From contig CAZDME010000003.1 of assembly GCA_964506785.1 (NCBI GenBank), positions 1 through 46,830 of the forward strand: a stretch of 46,830 nucleotides of DNA, given 5' to 3'. Below are positions 12,998 to 22,022 of this stretch, one piece after another. Source of the stretch: an uncultured bacterium. Its GTDB lineage: Bacteria; CAZDME01; JAYEMH01. The notes under the pieces are model-generated. The model was not told the origin of the DNA, did no database searches, and worked only from the letters and a program-made list of their open reading frames with translations. Positions within the stretch are counted from its first letter, which is position 1. Each line of letters begins with the position of its first letter. The position numbers and the translations under genes were made by a program.

Positions 12998-13489
12998 TCA
13001 GTCGCCTTTTTTCGGATTTTTCGAAGGAGGGATTTCTTCTTTTGCCGTCCCTGCGGAAGAAATCGGAGGCGGCGTTGGTTTTACCGGAGCCGTCATCTTA
13101 GGCAGTTTCACCTTGGGCGGTTGAATATATGGCTGGGATTTAGGTAATCCCGGCCTAATCGGTTTTATCGGAGCAGGCATTTTTATTTGAGGCGGCTGGA
13201 TAGGCACCACCGGTTTGGGCAGTTTCATCCTTGGGGAAATAACATATGGCTTAATAAAATTTTTGCTTACCGGCTTCTTTGCTTTAAGAATCCCGGCCTT
13301 GAATCCTAAAAAATAGCCTAAAGCAACAGAGGTAAGAAGAAGTAATAATAATATACCTATTTTAATTTTAAATTCCTTAAGAGATTTTCTAAAACATGTT
13401 TTTACCCCTTTAAGAAAACCCAAACCTATTTTCTTAAAAGCGGTTGTTTCCTTCTCTCTCTGGTTATTTAAATTCCCCTTTTCTCCCAT
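12998..13489 (-). CDS. Hypothetical single-pass membrane protein with Pro/Lys-rich C-terminus
   Basis: 163-aa ORF filling the gap; hydrophobic IGILLLLLLTSVALGYFLGF; own upstream promoter. Confidence 0.7.
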   Translation of the reverse strand: MGEKGNLNNQREKETTAFKKIGLGFLKGVKTCFRKSLKEFKIKIGILLLLLLTSVALGYFLGFKAGILKAKKPVSKNFIKPYVISPRMKLPKPVVPIQPPQIKMPAPIKPIRPGLPKSQPYIQPPKVKLPKMTAPVKPTPPPISSAGTAKEEIPPSKNPKKGD

Positions 13490-13562
13490 ATCTGCTTCTA
13501 GTCTAACCCTTCTTTGCGCTTCTCACCATCTATATAAAACGTTTAAAAGCGGTTTAACCTTA

Positions 13563-13590
13563 AGTGTAACATAAAAAGGCTTTTTGTCAA
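13563..13590 (-). promoter_or_regulatory. sigma70 promoter (extended -10) for the Pro-rich protein gene
   Basis: TTGACA-16 nt-TACACT with TG at the extended -10 position. Confidence 0.6.
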
Positions 13591-13591
13591 T

Positions 13592-13632
13592 AAAAATAGT
13601 GCCCCTTAGCGAAACTCAGGGTCTCTATTTTT
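13592..13632. terminator. Imperfect hairpin flanked by A5/T5, possible bidirectional intrinsic terminator
   Basis: AAAAATAG-TGCCCCTTAGCGAAACTCAGGGTCT-CTATTTTT. Confidence 0.55.
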
Positions 13633-13685
13633 GCGCTCCGCCAATCACGGCAAATTGCCTTTTCAAAGATTCAATCCGGTATTGC
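13592..13685 (-). ncRNA. Candidate ~95-nt small RNA or structured leader
   Basis: Lies between a near-consensus promoter (13691-13719) and a hairpin plus U-tract (13592-13632); no convincing ORF. Confidence 0.45.
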
Positions 13686-13690
13686 AGTAG

Positions 13691-13719
13691 AGGATACCAT
13701 ATAAAAGCCTATCTGTCAA
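13691..13719 (-). promoter_or_regulatory. sigma70 promoter
   Basis: TTGACA-17 nt-TATCCT preceded by TGG (extended -10). Confidence 0.7.
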
Positions 13720-13757
13720 ATTTGGCCTTGCCATGGCCAAAATTCCTTTCAGCTGCT

Positions 13758-14690
13758 TTAAACCTCCCCTAAGGAACCTAAAAGCCGCAAGGCCTTTTGG
13801 AAATCAGCCGGTAAGGGAATAGAAAATTCCAGGAAATGCCCGGTCACCGGATGCCTGAAACCCAAACGATAAGCGTGAAGGGCCGGCCGGTTAATCAAAG
13901 TCTCTTTTCTCCCCTTTTTACCGCCATAGACCTTATCCCCGGCTATCGGATGCCCCAGATAAGCCAGGTGGACCCGAATCTGGTGGGTCCTGCCTGTCCC
14001 CAGGCGCAATTCCAGTAAAGTATAATCAGGGAATCGCTCTAATACCTTATAAAAAGTTATCGCTTTTCTTCCTTTATTGGTATGGACAGATATCTTTTTT
14101 CGCTTTTGAGGATGACGGCCGATGGCTATTTCAATCTTCCCCTTATCTTTTTTCAGCTTTCCGTTTACCAGGGCAAAATAGCGCCTTTTCATTGTTCTCT
14201 CGGCTAACTGTCTGGCTAAATTAAGATGGGTCGGATTATCTTTGGCTACGGCCAAGAGTCCGGTGGTTTCCCTATCCAAACGATGGACAATCCCCGGACG
14301 CACCGGGCCGTTAATCGTAGAAAGAGATTTGGTATGATGAAGAAGGGCATTGACCAAAGTGCCCGAATAAACCTTGGGGGCTGGATGGGTAATCATTCCG
14401 GCCGGCTTATTAACCACTAAAAGGCTACTATCTTCATAAATAATCTCTAAAGGAAGATCTTCTTTTTTAATCTTTATTTTCTCAATTTTAGGCGGGTTTA
14501 CTTCTATCCGCTCTTTTTCCTTTAATCTATAGCTCGGCTTGACCTCTTTCCTTTCTACTTTGACCCCTCCTTGTTTAATTAAATGCTGGAGGGAGGAACG
14601 AGAAAGAGAAAGGCCTTTTTCTGCCAAAAATTTATCCAGTCGAAAATTCCGGGAATCTTTATCAACCGTAAATCTAATTTTTCTATTCAT
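13758..14690 (-). CDS. rluD: RluA/RluD-family pseudouridine synthase with S4 domain
   Basis: RLDKFL, NKPAG, GIVHRLDRETTG, GRTHQIRVH; follows lspA. Confidence 0.9.
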   Translation of the reverse strand: MNRKIRFTVDKDSRNFRLDKFLAEKGLSLSRSSLQHLIKQGGVKVERKEVKPSYRLKEKERIEVNPPKIEKIKIKKEDLPLEIIYEDSSLLVVNKPAGMITHPAPKVYSGTLVNALLHHTKSLSTINGPVRPGIVHRLDRETTGLLAVAKDNPTHLNLARQLAERTMKRRYFALVNGKLKKDKGKIEIAIGRHPQKRKKISVHTNKGRKAITFYKVLERFPDYTLLELRLGTGRTHQIRVHLAYLGHPIAGDKVYGGKKGRKETLINRPALHAYRLGFRHPVTGHFLEFSIPLPADFQKALRLLGSLGEV

Positions 14691-15118
14691 TTTTTCTTGA
14701 GATAAACCCAGGCTAAAAGAATAACCCCAATGGTTATCGCCGAATCGGCCAGATTAAAAACAGGCCAAATCCGAAAATCTAAAAAATCTATTACTGCCCC
14801 GTGAATAAGACGGTCAAGCAAATTGCCCAGTGCCCCTCCCAGAATCAAGCCGAAAGAAATCTCAGCCAACCTTCCCTCTATCCTCTTTTTGAAATAAAAA
14901 AACAAAATGAGAAAAATGGTAAAGAGAGAAATAATCAGGAAAAGAGGGAAATATCCCGGGAGCAGCCCGAAGGCAACTCCTCTGTTTTTCACTAAAGTCA
15001 GGTGGAAAATATTTTCAATAATCGGAGAGGTTCGTTCTGGCGGGAGAAAAAAAACAATATACCTTTTGGAGCATTGGTCGAGGATAAAAACCAAAAAGGC
15101 AGTCAACAAAAAACACAT
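14687..15118 (-). CDS. lspA: Lipoprotein signal peptidase II
   Basis: NRGVAFG, GGALGNLLDR, VIDFLD, FNLADS. Confidence 0.97.
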   Translation of the reverse strand: MCFLLTAFLVFILDQCSKRYIVFFLPPERTSPIIENIFHLTLVKNRGVAFGLLPGYFPLFLIISLFTIFLILFFYFKKRIEGRLAEISFGLILGGALGNLLDRLIHGAVIDFLDFRIWPVFNLADSAITIGVILLAWVYLKKK

Positions 15119-15517
15119 CTAACGCTTTTCCTGAAGTTCTTCTTTCTCTTTGCAATTGATACAGAGATGAGCGTAAGGAATAGCCTTAAGACGCTTCAAG
15201 GCAATCCGTTTGCCGCAATTTTCGCAAAGCCCGTAATTTCCTTCGGTTTCAATTTTATTTAAAGCCCTATCAACCTCTCTAAGAAGATTCTGTTCGCTGG
15301 AAACAAGCCCTAAGGCAAATTCCTGGTCATAGGCATCGGAAGCAACATCAGCCATATGCAGACGGTATCCGGAAAGGTCGCCGCTGGCTTCACGCGTTGA
15401 TTTTTTTAGATTGTTTTTTTCTAAATGTTCGATTTCTCCTACCAGCTTATTTCTAATTTCTTGCAGATGGCTTCGATATTTTTTCGCCTCTCTTTTAGAA
15501 ATCCCCTTAGCCTTCAT
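15119..15517 (-). CDS. TraR/DksA-family C4 zinc-finger regulator
   Basis: Coiled coil with HMADVASD, YGLCENC...RLKAIPYAHLCINC. Confidence 0.9.
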   Translation of the reverse strand: MKAKGISKREAKKYRSHLQEIRNKLVGEIEHLEKNNLKKSTREASGDLSGYRLHMADVASDAYDQEFALGLVSSEQNLLREVDRALNKIETEGNYGLCENCGKRIALKRLKAIPYAHLCINCKEKEELQEKR

Positions 15518-18326
15518 CTCCAGTACCTCCAGCTTTTAGATGTTTGATGCAGCGCTCACAGATTTGTGGGAGTGTTTTATCTTCTCCCACACTTTGACTA
15601 TAATTCCAACAGCGTTCACACTTTTTCCCCTGGGCAAATTGGACTTCAATAGCCAGCCCTTTGATTTCCTGGCTTTGAAAAATTGGACCTTTCGGAATTC
15701 CGCTTTTCACCTCGACCTGCGAAACGATTAAAATAGAAGGAAATGAATTTACATTATCTTTTAAAAAATTCGCCCAGGGTTTATCCTGGCAGTAAAAGAG
15801 CACTTTTGCCTCAAGGGCATTGCCAATAACTTTGTCCCGCCGGGCTTTCTCTATCACTTTAGCCGCTTCCTGGCGGAGCGCCTTAATTTTTCCCCATTTA
15901 GCTTCCAATTCTTTTACCAATAATTTTTTTTCGGATTTCGGCCAATCGGACAAAAAAACGCTCGCCTCTTTTATCTTGAATCCTTTCGGAAAATGCCTCC
16001 AGACATCTTCAGCCGTAAAGCTCAAAACCGGACTGATTAATTTCACTAAAGTTACCAGAATCTTAAAAAGGACAGTTTGCGCCGCCCTGCGCCCCGTGGA
16101 ATTAGAAGGAAAAGTATATAGTCTATCTTTCAAAATGTCAAGATAAAATGAACTTAAATCAACGCTGCAGTAGTTGTAAAAATGGGCAAAAAATTGGTGA
16201 AACTGGTAGTTTTCATAAAATTGACTGCTTCTATCTATCAAACCTTCCAATGTGGAAAGCATATACCGATCTATTTCTAAAAGCTCTCCATAGGGCTTTA
16301 CGTCGCTATTGGGACAGAAATCATAGAGATTAGCCAGCAGAAAGCGGAAGGTGTTACGAATTCTCCGATAGGCTTCAACCAAACGGAATAAAATTTCATC
16401 CGATAGGCGCAGGTCATCCCGGTAATCTTCGGAAGAGACCCATAACCGCAGAATATCTGCTCCGTATTTGCCCATTATCTCCTGGGGAGCAATAACGTTT
16501 CCCAATGATTTAGACATCTTTCGTCCTAAACCGTCATTAACAAATCCATGGGTTAAAACCGTCCGATAAGGTGCCTCCAGGCCAGTTCCCGCCGCCGTCA
16601 AGAGGGAACTTTGAAACCAGCCCCGATATTGGTCGCTCCCTTCCACATAAAGATCGGCCGGATAGCCTAAATTTGAACGCGCCCGGCAGACAGCCGTATG
16701 ACTCACTCCGGAATCAAACCAAACATCCAGGATGTCTTTCTCCTTGACAAACTCCTTACCCTGGCACTTTTTGCAAACAACCCCAGGAGGCAGAAGCTCT
16801 TCTGCCTCTTTGCTAAACCAGATATCTGTTCCTTCTCTTTTAACCGAATCTGAAATATAACGGATTGTTTCCCCGTCGAGGATTGGACTTTTACAGCTTT
16901 TGCAATAAAAAATCGGCAGAGGTATCCCCCAACTTCTTTGCCGGGAAATGCACCAGTCACTTCGCGATTTGATCATATTTGCAATCCTTGCCTCTCCCCA
17001 GGAAGGAATCCAATCTACTTTTTTAACCTCTGACAGAGCCTTTCCCCGAAGATTTTTTTTATCGATAGAAATAAACCACTGTTCTGTCGCCCGGAAAATA
17101 ATCGGCTCCTTGCAGCGCCAGCAATGAGGATAAGAATGTTTTATCGTCTCATTAAAAAAAAGCAGGCCTTCTTTCTTTAATCTTTCAGCAATAGCCAAAT
17201 TAGCCGAAAAAACATCCAGCCCGGAAAACTCACCAGCTTCTTTTGTAAATTTCCCCTGATTATCTACCGGGGTAATAACCGGTAGATTATATTTCAAGCC
17301 GAGTTCGTAATCTTCCTGCCCGTGGCCCGGAGCAATATGGACACAACCTGTTCCCTCATCTTTGGTCACATGTTCACCCAAAATTAAACTTGAGTCTTTT
17401 TCATTCAGTACTTGCCGGCAAATCAATCCTTTAAGTTCTCCCCCTGTTAAGGTCTTCAAAATCCTGAAATCAGTGATCTTGGCCTTTTCTAAAACAGCTT
17501 TAAGCAGCTTTTTGGCTAAAAGCAGGATTTCTTGGCCAATCTCTACCAGAACGTATTCAAATTCTTTCTTTACGGCAATGGCTACATTAGCCGGTAAGGT
17601 CCAGGGGGTGGTCGTCCAGATGAGCACATAAATGGGGAATTTACGCTTTTCGGGAAGAAGGCGCTGGTAAAATTCTTCCTTAAGGGGGAATTTTACGTAG
17701 ATAGAAGGGGATTCTTTATCCGCATATTCCACCTCGGCCTCGGCTAAAGCTGTCTCGCAGCGCCGGCACCACTGCACCGGCTTTAACCCTTTATAGATAT
17801 TTCCCTGTTCTACCAGTTCGCCGAAGACATCCACAATCTTGGCTTCATATTCAAAATTCAAAGTTAGATAAGGATTTTCCCAATCTCCTAATATTCCCAA
17901 TTTTTTAAATTCTTCTTTTTGAATCTTGACAAATTTCAAAGCGTAATCCCGGCATCTCTTCCTTATCTCTATCTTGCTCAATTTCTTTTTCTCTTCACCT
18001 AAATCCTTCATTACCTGATGTTCGATAGGTAATCCCCGACAATCCCACCCGGGAATAAAAGGTGTATTATACCCGCAAAGAAAGCGGTATTTTACAATAA
18101 TATCCTTCAAGATTTTATTTAAGGCGTGGCCGATGTGAATACTCCCGTTGGCATAAGGCGGCCCATCATGAAGAATAAATTTTTTACTCCCTTCAGTTTT
18201 TTTAAGCAGGTTCTGATAAAGATTGCTTGTTTCCCAGGTTTTAGCTATCTCCGACTCACGCTTAGCCAGCTCCGCTTTCATCGGAAACTCTGTTTTAGGT
18301 AAATTCAAGGTTTTTTTGTAATCCAT
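15507..18326 (-). CDS. ileS: Isoleucine--tRNA ligase (type 1)
   Basis: DGPPYANG, HIGH, WTTTPWTL, KMSKS, C-terminal CERCW...CERC Zn finger. Confidence 0.98.
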   Translation of the reverse strand: MDYKKTLNLPKTEFPMKAELAKRESEIAKTWETSNLYQNLLKKTEGSKKFILHDGPPYANGSIHIGHALNKILKDIIVKYRFLCGYNTPFIPGWDCRGLPIEHQVMKDLGEEKKKLSKIEIRKRCRDYALKFVKIQKEEFKKLGILGDWENPYLTLNFEYEAKIVDVFGELVEQGNIYKGLKPVQWCRRCETALAEAEVEYADKESPSIYVKFPLKEEFYQRLLPEKRKFPIYVLIWTTTPWTLPANVAIAVKKEFEYVLVEIGQEILLLAKKLLKAVLEKAKITDFRILKTLTGGELKGLICRQVLNEKDSSLILGEHVTKDEGTGCVHIAPGHGQEDYELGLKYNLPVITPVDNQGKFTKEAGEFSGLDVFSANLAIAERLKKEGLLFFNETIKHSYPHCWRCKEPIIFRATEQWFISIDKKNLRGKALSEVKKVDWIPSWGEARIANMIKSRSDWCISRQRSWGIPLPIFYCKSCKSPILDGETIRYISDSVKREGTDIWFSKEAEELLPPGVVCKKCQGKEFVKEKDILDVWFDSGVSHTAVCRARSNLGYPADLYVEGSDQYRGWFQSSLLTAAGTGLEAPYRTVLTHGFVNDGLGRKMSKSLGNVIAPQEIMGKYGADILRLWVSSEDYRDDLRLSDEILFRLVEAYRRIRNTFRFLLANLYDFCPNSDVKPYGELLEIDRYMLSTLEGLIDRSSQFYENYQFHQFFAHFYNYCSVDLSSFYLDILKDRLYTFPSNSTGRRAAQTVLFKILVTLVKLISPVLSFTAEDVWRHFPKGFKIKEASVFLSDWPKSEKKLLVKELEAKWGKIKALRQEAAKVIEKARRDKVIGNALEAKVLFYCQDKPWANFLKDNVNSFPSILIVSQVEVKSGIPKGPIFQSQEIKGLAIEVQFAQGKKCERCWNYSQSVGEDKTLPQICERCIKHLKAGGTGDEG

Positions 18327-18331
18327 TTTCT

Positions 18332-19150
18332 CTACAGTTTTTCCACAAATCTTTTGACTAACTTGGTCAATTTTGGTTCGGCTCGATTAGCAATCTTTAA
18401 AATCTCTTTTATATTTGCCGGTTTGAGAGCATCGGGCAGACACCGATCGGTAATACAGGAAATACCTAAAACCTCAAACCCCGCATGAACAGCGGCAATT
18501 ACCTCAGGCACCGTTGACATTCCCACCATATCTCCTCCGATTAACCGCATAAAGCGGTATTCGGCCGGGGTCTCGAGATTTGGTCCGGTTACGCCGATAT
18601 AAATTCCTTTTTTAACCTTCATTCTTTCTTGGAGAGCTATTTTTTCCATAAGTTTTATTAGCCGCCTGCTGTAAGGCTGGCACATATCTGGAAACCTTGG
18701 GCCTAATGTATCGTCATTTGGACCAATCAGGGGATTTATTCCCATAAGATTAATGTGGTCACTAATTAAGACTAAATCTCCCAAAGCGAAATGCGGATTC
18801 ATCCCCCCGGCAGCATTAGAAACAATCAGGGTCTTGGCCCCTAAAAGTTTAGCTACCCGGACAGGAATAACCACTTCTTCCAAAAGATGGCCTTCATAAT
18901 AGTGAAACCTTCCCTGCATAGCCATAATTCTCTTTTTACCGATCTTACCCAGAACGAGTTGTCCTTCATGGCTAACTGTGGTAGAAATCGGGAAATGAGG
19001 GATTTTATGGTAAGGAATAATCTGCTTCTCTGAAATCTCCTTAACCAGAGCCCCTAATCCTGTTCCTAAAATCACCGCTATTTCTGGACGGAATTTTACC
19101 TGTCTCTTAATAACCTTTACAGCTGCCTCCACTTTTTCTATAGGTTTCAT
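18332..19150 (-). CDS. punA: Purine nucleoside phosphorylase (trimeric PNP family)
   Basis: ILGTGLG, QGRFHYYEG, GMSTVPEV. Confidence 0.88.
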   Translation of the reverse strand: MKPIEKVEAAVKVIKRQVKFRPEIAVILGTGLGALVKEISEKQIIPYHKIPHFPISTTVSHEGQLVLGKIGKKRIMAMQGRFHYYEGHLLEEVVIPVRVAKLLGAKTLIVSNAAGGMNPHFALGDLVLISDHINLMGINPLIGPNDDTLGPRFPDMCQPYSRRLIKLMEKIALQERMKVKKGIYIGVTGPNLETPAEYRFMRLIGGDMVGMSTVPEVIAAVHAGFEVLGISCITDRCLPDALKPANIKEILKIANRAEPKLTKLVKRFVEKL

Positions 19151-19169
19151 CCTTTTAAACCTCCTTTTT

Positions 19170-19325
19170 CATTATACAATTAACATCCAGTTACAGCTTC
19201 TTTTTAATACGCATCTTCTGCGTTCTGTTTGAAGTGTAAAGTGTTATGTGTTTTTTAAAAGTCCCTTTCCATTTTTTCATTACACATTTCACATTCCACA
19301 TTACACAGATCTATTACACATTCCT
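19170..19325. repeat. Heptamer arrays (TAAAGTG / CATTACA family, plus two TTCTG units)
   Basis: TGAAGTG TAAAGTG TTATGTG ... CATTACA CATTTCA CATTCCA CATTACA ... TATTACA. Confidence 0.75.
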
Positions 19326-19336
19326 TCAACCCCGCT

Positions 19337-19633
19337 TTAAATCTCCCATCTTTTACTTAAGTCAGAAAGTGTTCTGACGATAAAAAACCTCAAAAATAAT
19401 AAAAAAGCGACAATAAATATCGGCCGGATATCATATTGTAAGCTCGGCAGATGAAAAATCTTGCCCGCTAAATTAACCCCCGATTCAGTTAGAAATCCGA
19501 TTAACTCAAAAATATAGTTGGGGCCGGCCCAGGCTAAAGCTAATCTGACCACAAAAATAAAAATGAAGAGATTAAGGAAAAAATTGGTTACATAAGCGAG
19601 AGCTCTAAAGAAATTGGCGGCTAACATTTTCAT
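19337..19633 (-). CDS. YggT-family membrane protein (divergent)
   Basis: 98 aa, two hydrophobic helices, 'LTE' and 'DIRPI' resemble YggT 'LTEP..DFSPI'. Confidence 0.65.
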   Translation of the reverse strand: MKMLAANFFRALAYVTNFFLNLFIFIFVVRLALAWAGPNYIFELIGFLTESGVNLAGKIFHLPSLQYDIRPIFIVAFLLFLRFFIVRTLSDLSKRWEI

Positions 19634-20211
19634 AACTGCCTCCCTCTTAAGGCCACATCGGCCAATAAACTATAAACGGGGCCTTGTGAAGTTAAAACAC
19701 TCTTATAGATAGAAATCTTATTTACCCTTACTCCGCCGATAGAAACCCTTTCCTTCGTTACCTCTTTTATCAGCGTTTCTTTATGTTTCGCCGAACGAAC
19801 TCTCCCTAAAGTGAGATGAGGCTGGAAAGAACGTTCCGCCCGGGGAAAACCTGACTCAGCTAAATTATCCTCAATGGCTCTGTTAATTACCTTTAATAAC
19901 TCCCCTCCCTGGCTGATGCCAATCCAGATAACCCGGGGTTTATCGATTGAAGGGAAACCGCCGATTTCCTCTACCGTCACAAAAAAAGGAGAAAATTTCT
20001 CTGCTGCCTTCTCTAATCCGCCCTTCAGCTTCGCCAATTCATCTAAATTGATATACCCCAGAAACTTTAAGGTAAGATGTATATTGCCCGGCTTTACCCA
20101 CTGAATATCAGCCTTGGTTTTTTTTAGCCTTTCCTGGATAAGCCCTATCTTTTCAATGATTGTTTCAGGTAAAGTAACGGCAATAAAGGCTCTAATTTTT
20201 CCCTGATTCAT
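19630..20211 (-). CDS. thpR: RNA 2',3'-cyclic phosphodiesterase
   Basis: RAFIAV, two HxT motifs (HLTLKFLG, PHLTLGR); follows cinA. Confidence 0.95.
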   Translation of the reverse strand: MNQGKIRAFIAVTLPETIIEKIGLIQERLKKTKADIQWVKPGNIHLTLKFLGYINLDELAKLKGGLEKAAEKFSPFFVTVEEIGGFPSIDKPRVIWIGISQGGELLKVINRAIEDNLAESGFPRAERSFQPHLTLGRVRSAKHKETLIKEVTKERVSIGGVRVNKISIYKSVLTSQGPVYSLLADVALRGRQL

Positions 20212-21434
20212 TTCTTAATAAAACTTAAACGAACCATATTCAAAGCTGCCTGCGCCGCCTTCAATTTAACAAGCTCTCTTTCCCCGTGGAATTGAAATCT
20301 TTGAACTATGGTTTTATCTTCTTTAGCCAAAGCAATAAAGATAAGTCCAATGGGTTTATTTTTAGTGGTGCCACCTGGGCCGGCAATCCCGGTCACCGCT
20401 AATCCCAAGTCAACCTTAGCTTTATTTTTTACGGCAGTTGCCATTGCCCGGGCCGCTTCTTCACTAACCGCCCCCTTTTCCTTTAACAGTAATTCGTCCA
20501 ACCCCAACAGACTTTTTTTAGACTGATTGCTGTAGACAACAAAACCTTCTTCAAAATACTGAGAGCTTCCCGGGACATTGGTTAAACGATGGGAAATCAA
20601 TCCTCCGGTGCAGGATTCGGCTACGGCTATCTTTTTTCTCTTCATACTTAAAAGAAGGCCTACCACTTTTTCTAAATCCTCCTTCTCGATTCCATAAATA
20701 GCATCTCCTAAAATTTTTCTAATTTCCTCTTCCAGCCCCTCAATTAAACCATTAGCTTTATCCCCCCTGGCTTCAATTTTCAGAACAACTTCGATTTGCC
20801 GCGGGAGAAAAGAAAACTTAAATTCCTTTCGCTTCAAAAATTTCTTAATCCTTTCGCTTAGCTCTGCCTCGGTTAATCCATATATTCTGAAACACCGGCT
20901 TACACCGGGGGAAAACTTACTTCTCTTTTTTAGATAAGGGGCCAGCTCTCTCTCAAGCAAATAGTTTAGTTCAAGCGGCACCCCGGGAAGCAAAACCAGT
21001 ATTTTATCTCTCTCCTCAAAAATTAATCCGGGAGCCGTCCCTTTAAGGTTGGTTAAAACCTTAGCCCCTTGAGGAATTAAAGCCTGGTTATAAACAAGCT
21101 CTGGCGGATGGATATCCCTTTTTCTATAATATTCTTCCACATTTTTTAAAACTTTATTATTGACGGTTAATCTCCGTTTGAAAAATTTAGCCGCTGCTTT
21201 TTTAGTGAGGTCATCTACGGTTGGACCTAACCCGCCGGTAGTAATTACCATCTTCGCCCGGGAAAAAGAATCGCCTATCGCCTCGAAGATTTGCCCTTCA
21301 TCATCGCCAATAATAATTGCCCTGTTAACTTCGCAGTCTAATTCTTTCAAACGCTCAGACAAAAGAGCAAGATTGGTATTAACCATTGAACCATCAAGTA
21401 ATTCAGTTCCGATATTTATAATCTCGCATTTCAT
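20208..21434 (-). CDS. cinA: Competence/damage-inducible protein CinA (MoCF-like plus PncC domain)
   Basis: IGTELL, TGGLGPTVDDLT, AESCTGG, TGIAGPGG. Confidence 0.95.
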   Translation of the reverse strand: MKCEIINIGTELLDGSMVNTNLALLSERLKELDCEVNRAIIIGDDEGQIFEAIGDSFSRAKMVITTGGLGPTVDDLTKKAAAKFFKRRLTVNNKVLKNVEEYYRKRDIHPPELVYNQALIPQGAKVLTNLKGTAPGLIFEERDKILVLLPGVPLELNYLLERELAPYLKKRSKFSPGVSRCFRIYGLTEAELSERIKKFLKRKEFKFSFLPRQIEVVLKIEARGDKANGLIEGLEEEIRKILGDAIYGIEKEDLEKVVGLLLSMKRKKIAVAESCTGGLISHRLTNVPGSSQYFEEGFVVYSNQSKKSLLGLDELLLKEKGAVSEEAARAMATAVKNKAKVDLGLAVTGIAGPGGTTKNKPIGLIFIALAKEDKTIVQRFQFHGERELVKLKAAQAALNMVRLSFIKK

Positions 21435-21445
21435 AACCAAAAAAC

Positions 21446-21952
21446 CTAGTTTACAGGGTATTGGAAGTATAATATACCCCGCAGAATCAGATTGGTATAC
21501 ACGGCCGCGAAAAAATCATCGAGCATGACACCCGATGCTCCAGGCAACTTTTCAATCCGCCGGCAAGGAAAAGGCTTTAGAATGTCCAAGAGGCGGAAAA
21601 TCAAAAACCCGACAAAACCAAAAATGAAACCTTTAAAGATTACTCCCCAGAAACAAAACAAGATGCCAAATATTTCATCGATAACTATCTTTTTATCGTC
21701 TTTGTTCCCTAAAATCTTTTCTCCCCGGGAGACAAAAATAAAACCCATAACTAAAATTGAAATCAAAACCAGGCCGTAAACAAAGAGAAAGTCTTTAACC
21801 AGCCAAAAAATAAATAAGCCGAAAAGACTGGCAGTTGTTCCGGGGAGGAAAGGTACGTAACCACAGCCTAAACCAGTAACGGCTATCTTGCTAATCCGGT
21901 TATAGATAAGCTTCCTTTTGGCAACCGTCGATAAATCTGATTTCTCGCGCAA
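21446..21952 (-). CDS. pgpA: Phosphatidylglycerophosphatase A
   Basis: PGTTAS, VIDEIFG, FRLLDILKPFP, GVMLDD. Confidence 0.93.
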   Translation of the reverse strand: MREKSDLSTVAKRKLIYNRISKIAVTGLGCGYVPFLPGTTASLFGLFIFWLVKDFLFVYGLVLISILVMGFIFVSRGEKILGNKDDKKIVIDEIFGILFCFWGVIFKGFIFGFVGFLIFRLLDILKPFPCRRIEKLPGASGVMLDDFFAAVYTNLILRGILYFQYPVN

Positions 21953-22022
21953 TATTTTTCCCTGCCTTGTAGAAGGTCACATTTATACGATGGCTCTCTT
22001 TTACATCTCCGACGGGGCAAAT

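Noticed and set aside
13626-13663. Mini-ORF reading about MKRQFAVIGGAQK in the candidate sRNA (echoes a TrkA/KtrA N-terminus)
   Set aside because: 13 codons, TTG start, no SD; probably chance.
13592-13665. Firm call as c-di-GMP-I or lysine riboswitch
   Set aside because: Only partial motif match; tetraloop receptor and P3 consensus not evident. Kept as an unclassified candidate.
21963-22020. Imperfect inverted repeat between pgsA and pgpA
   Set aside because: Several mismatches, single copy, no recognisable family.
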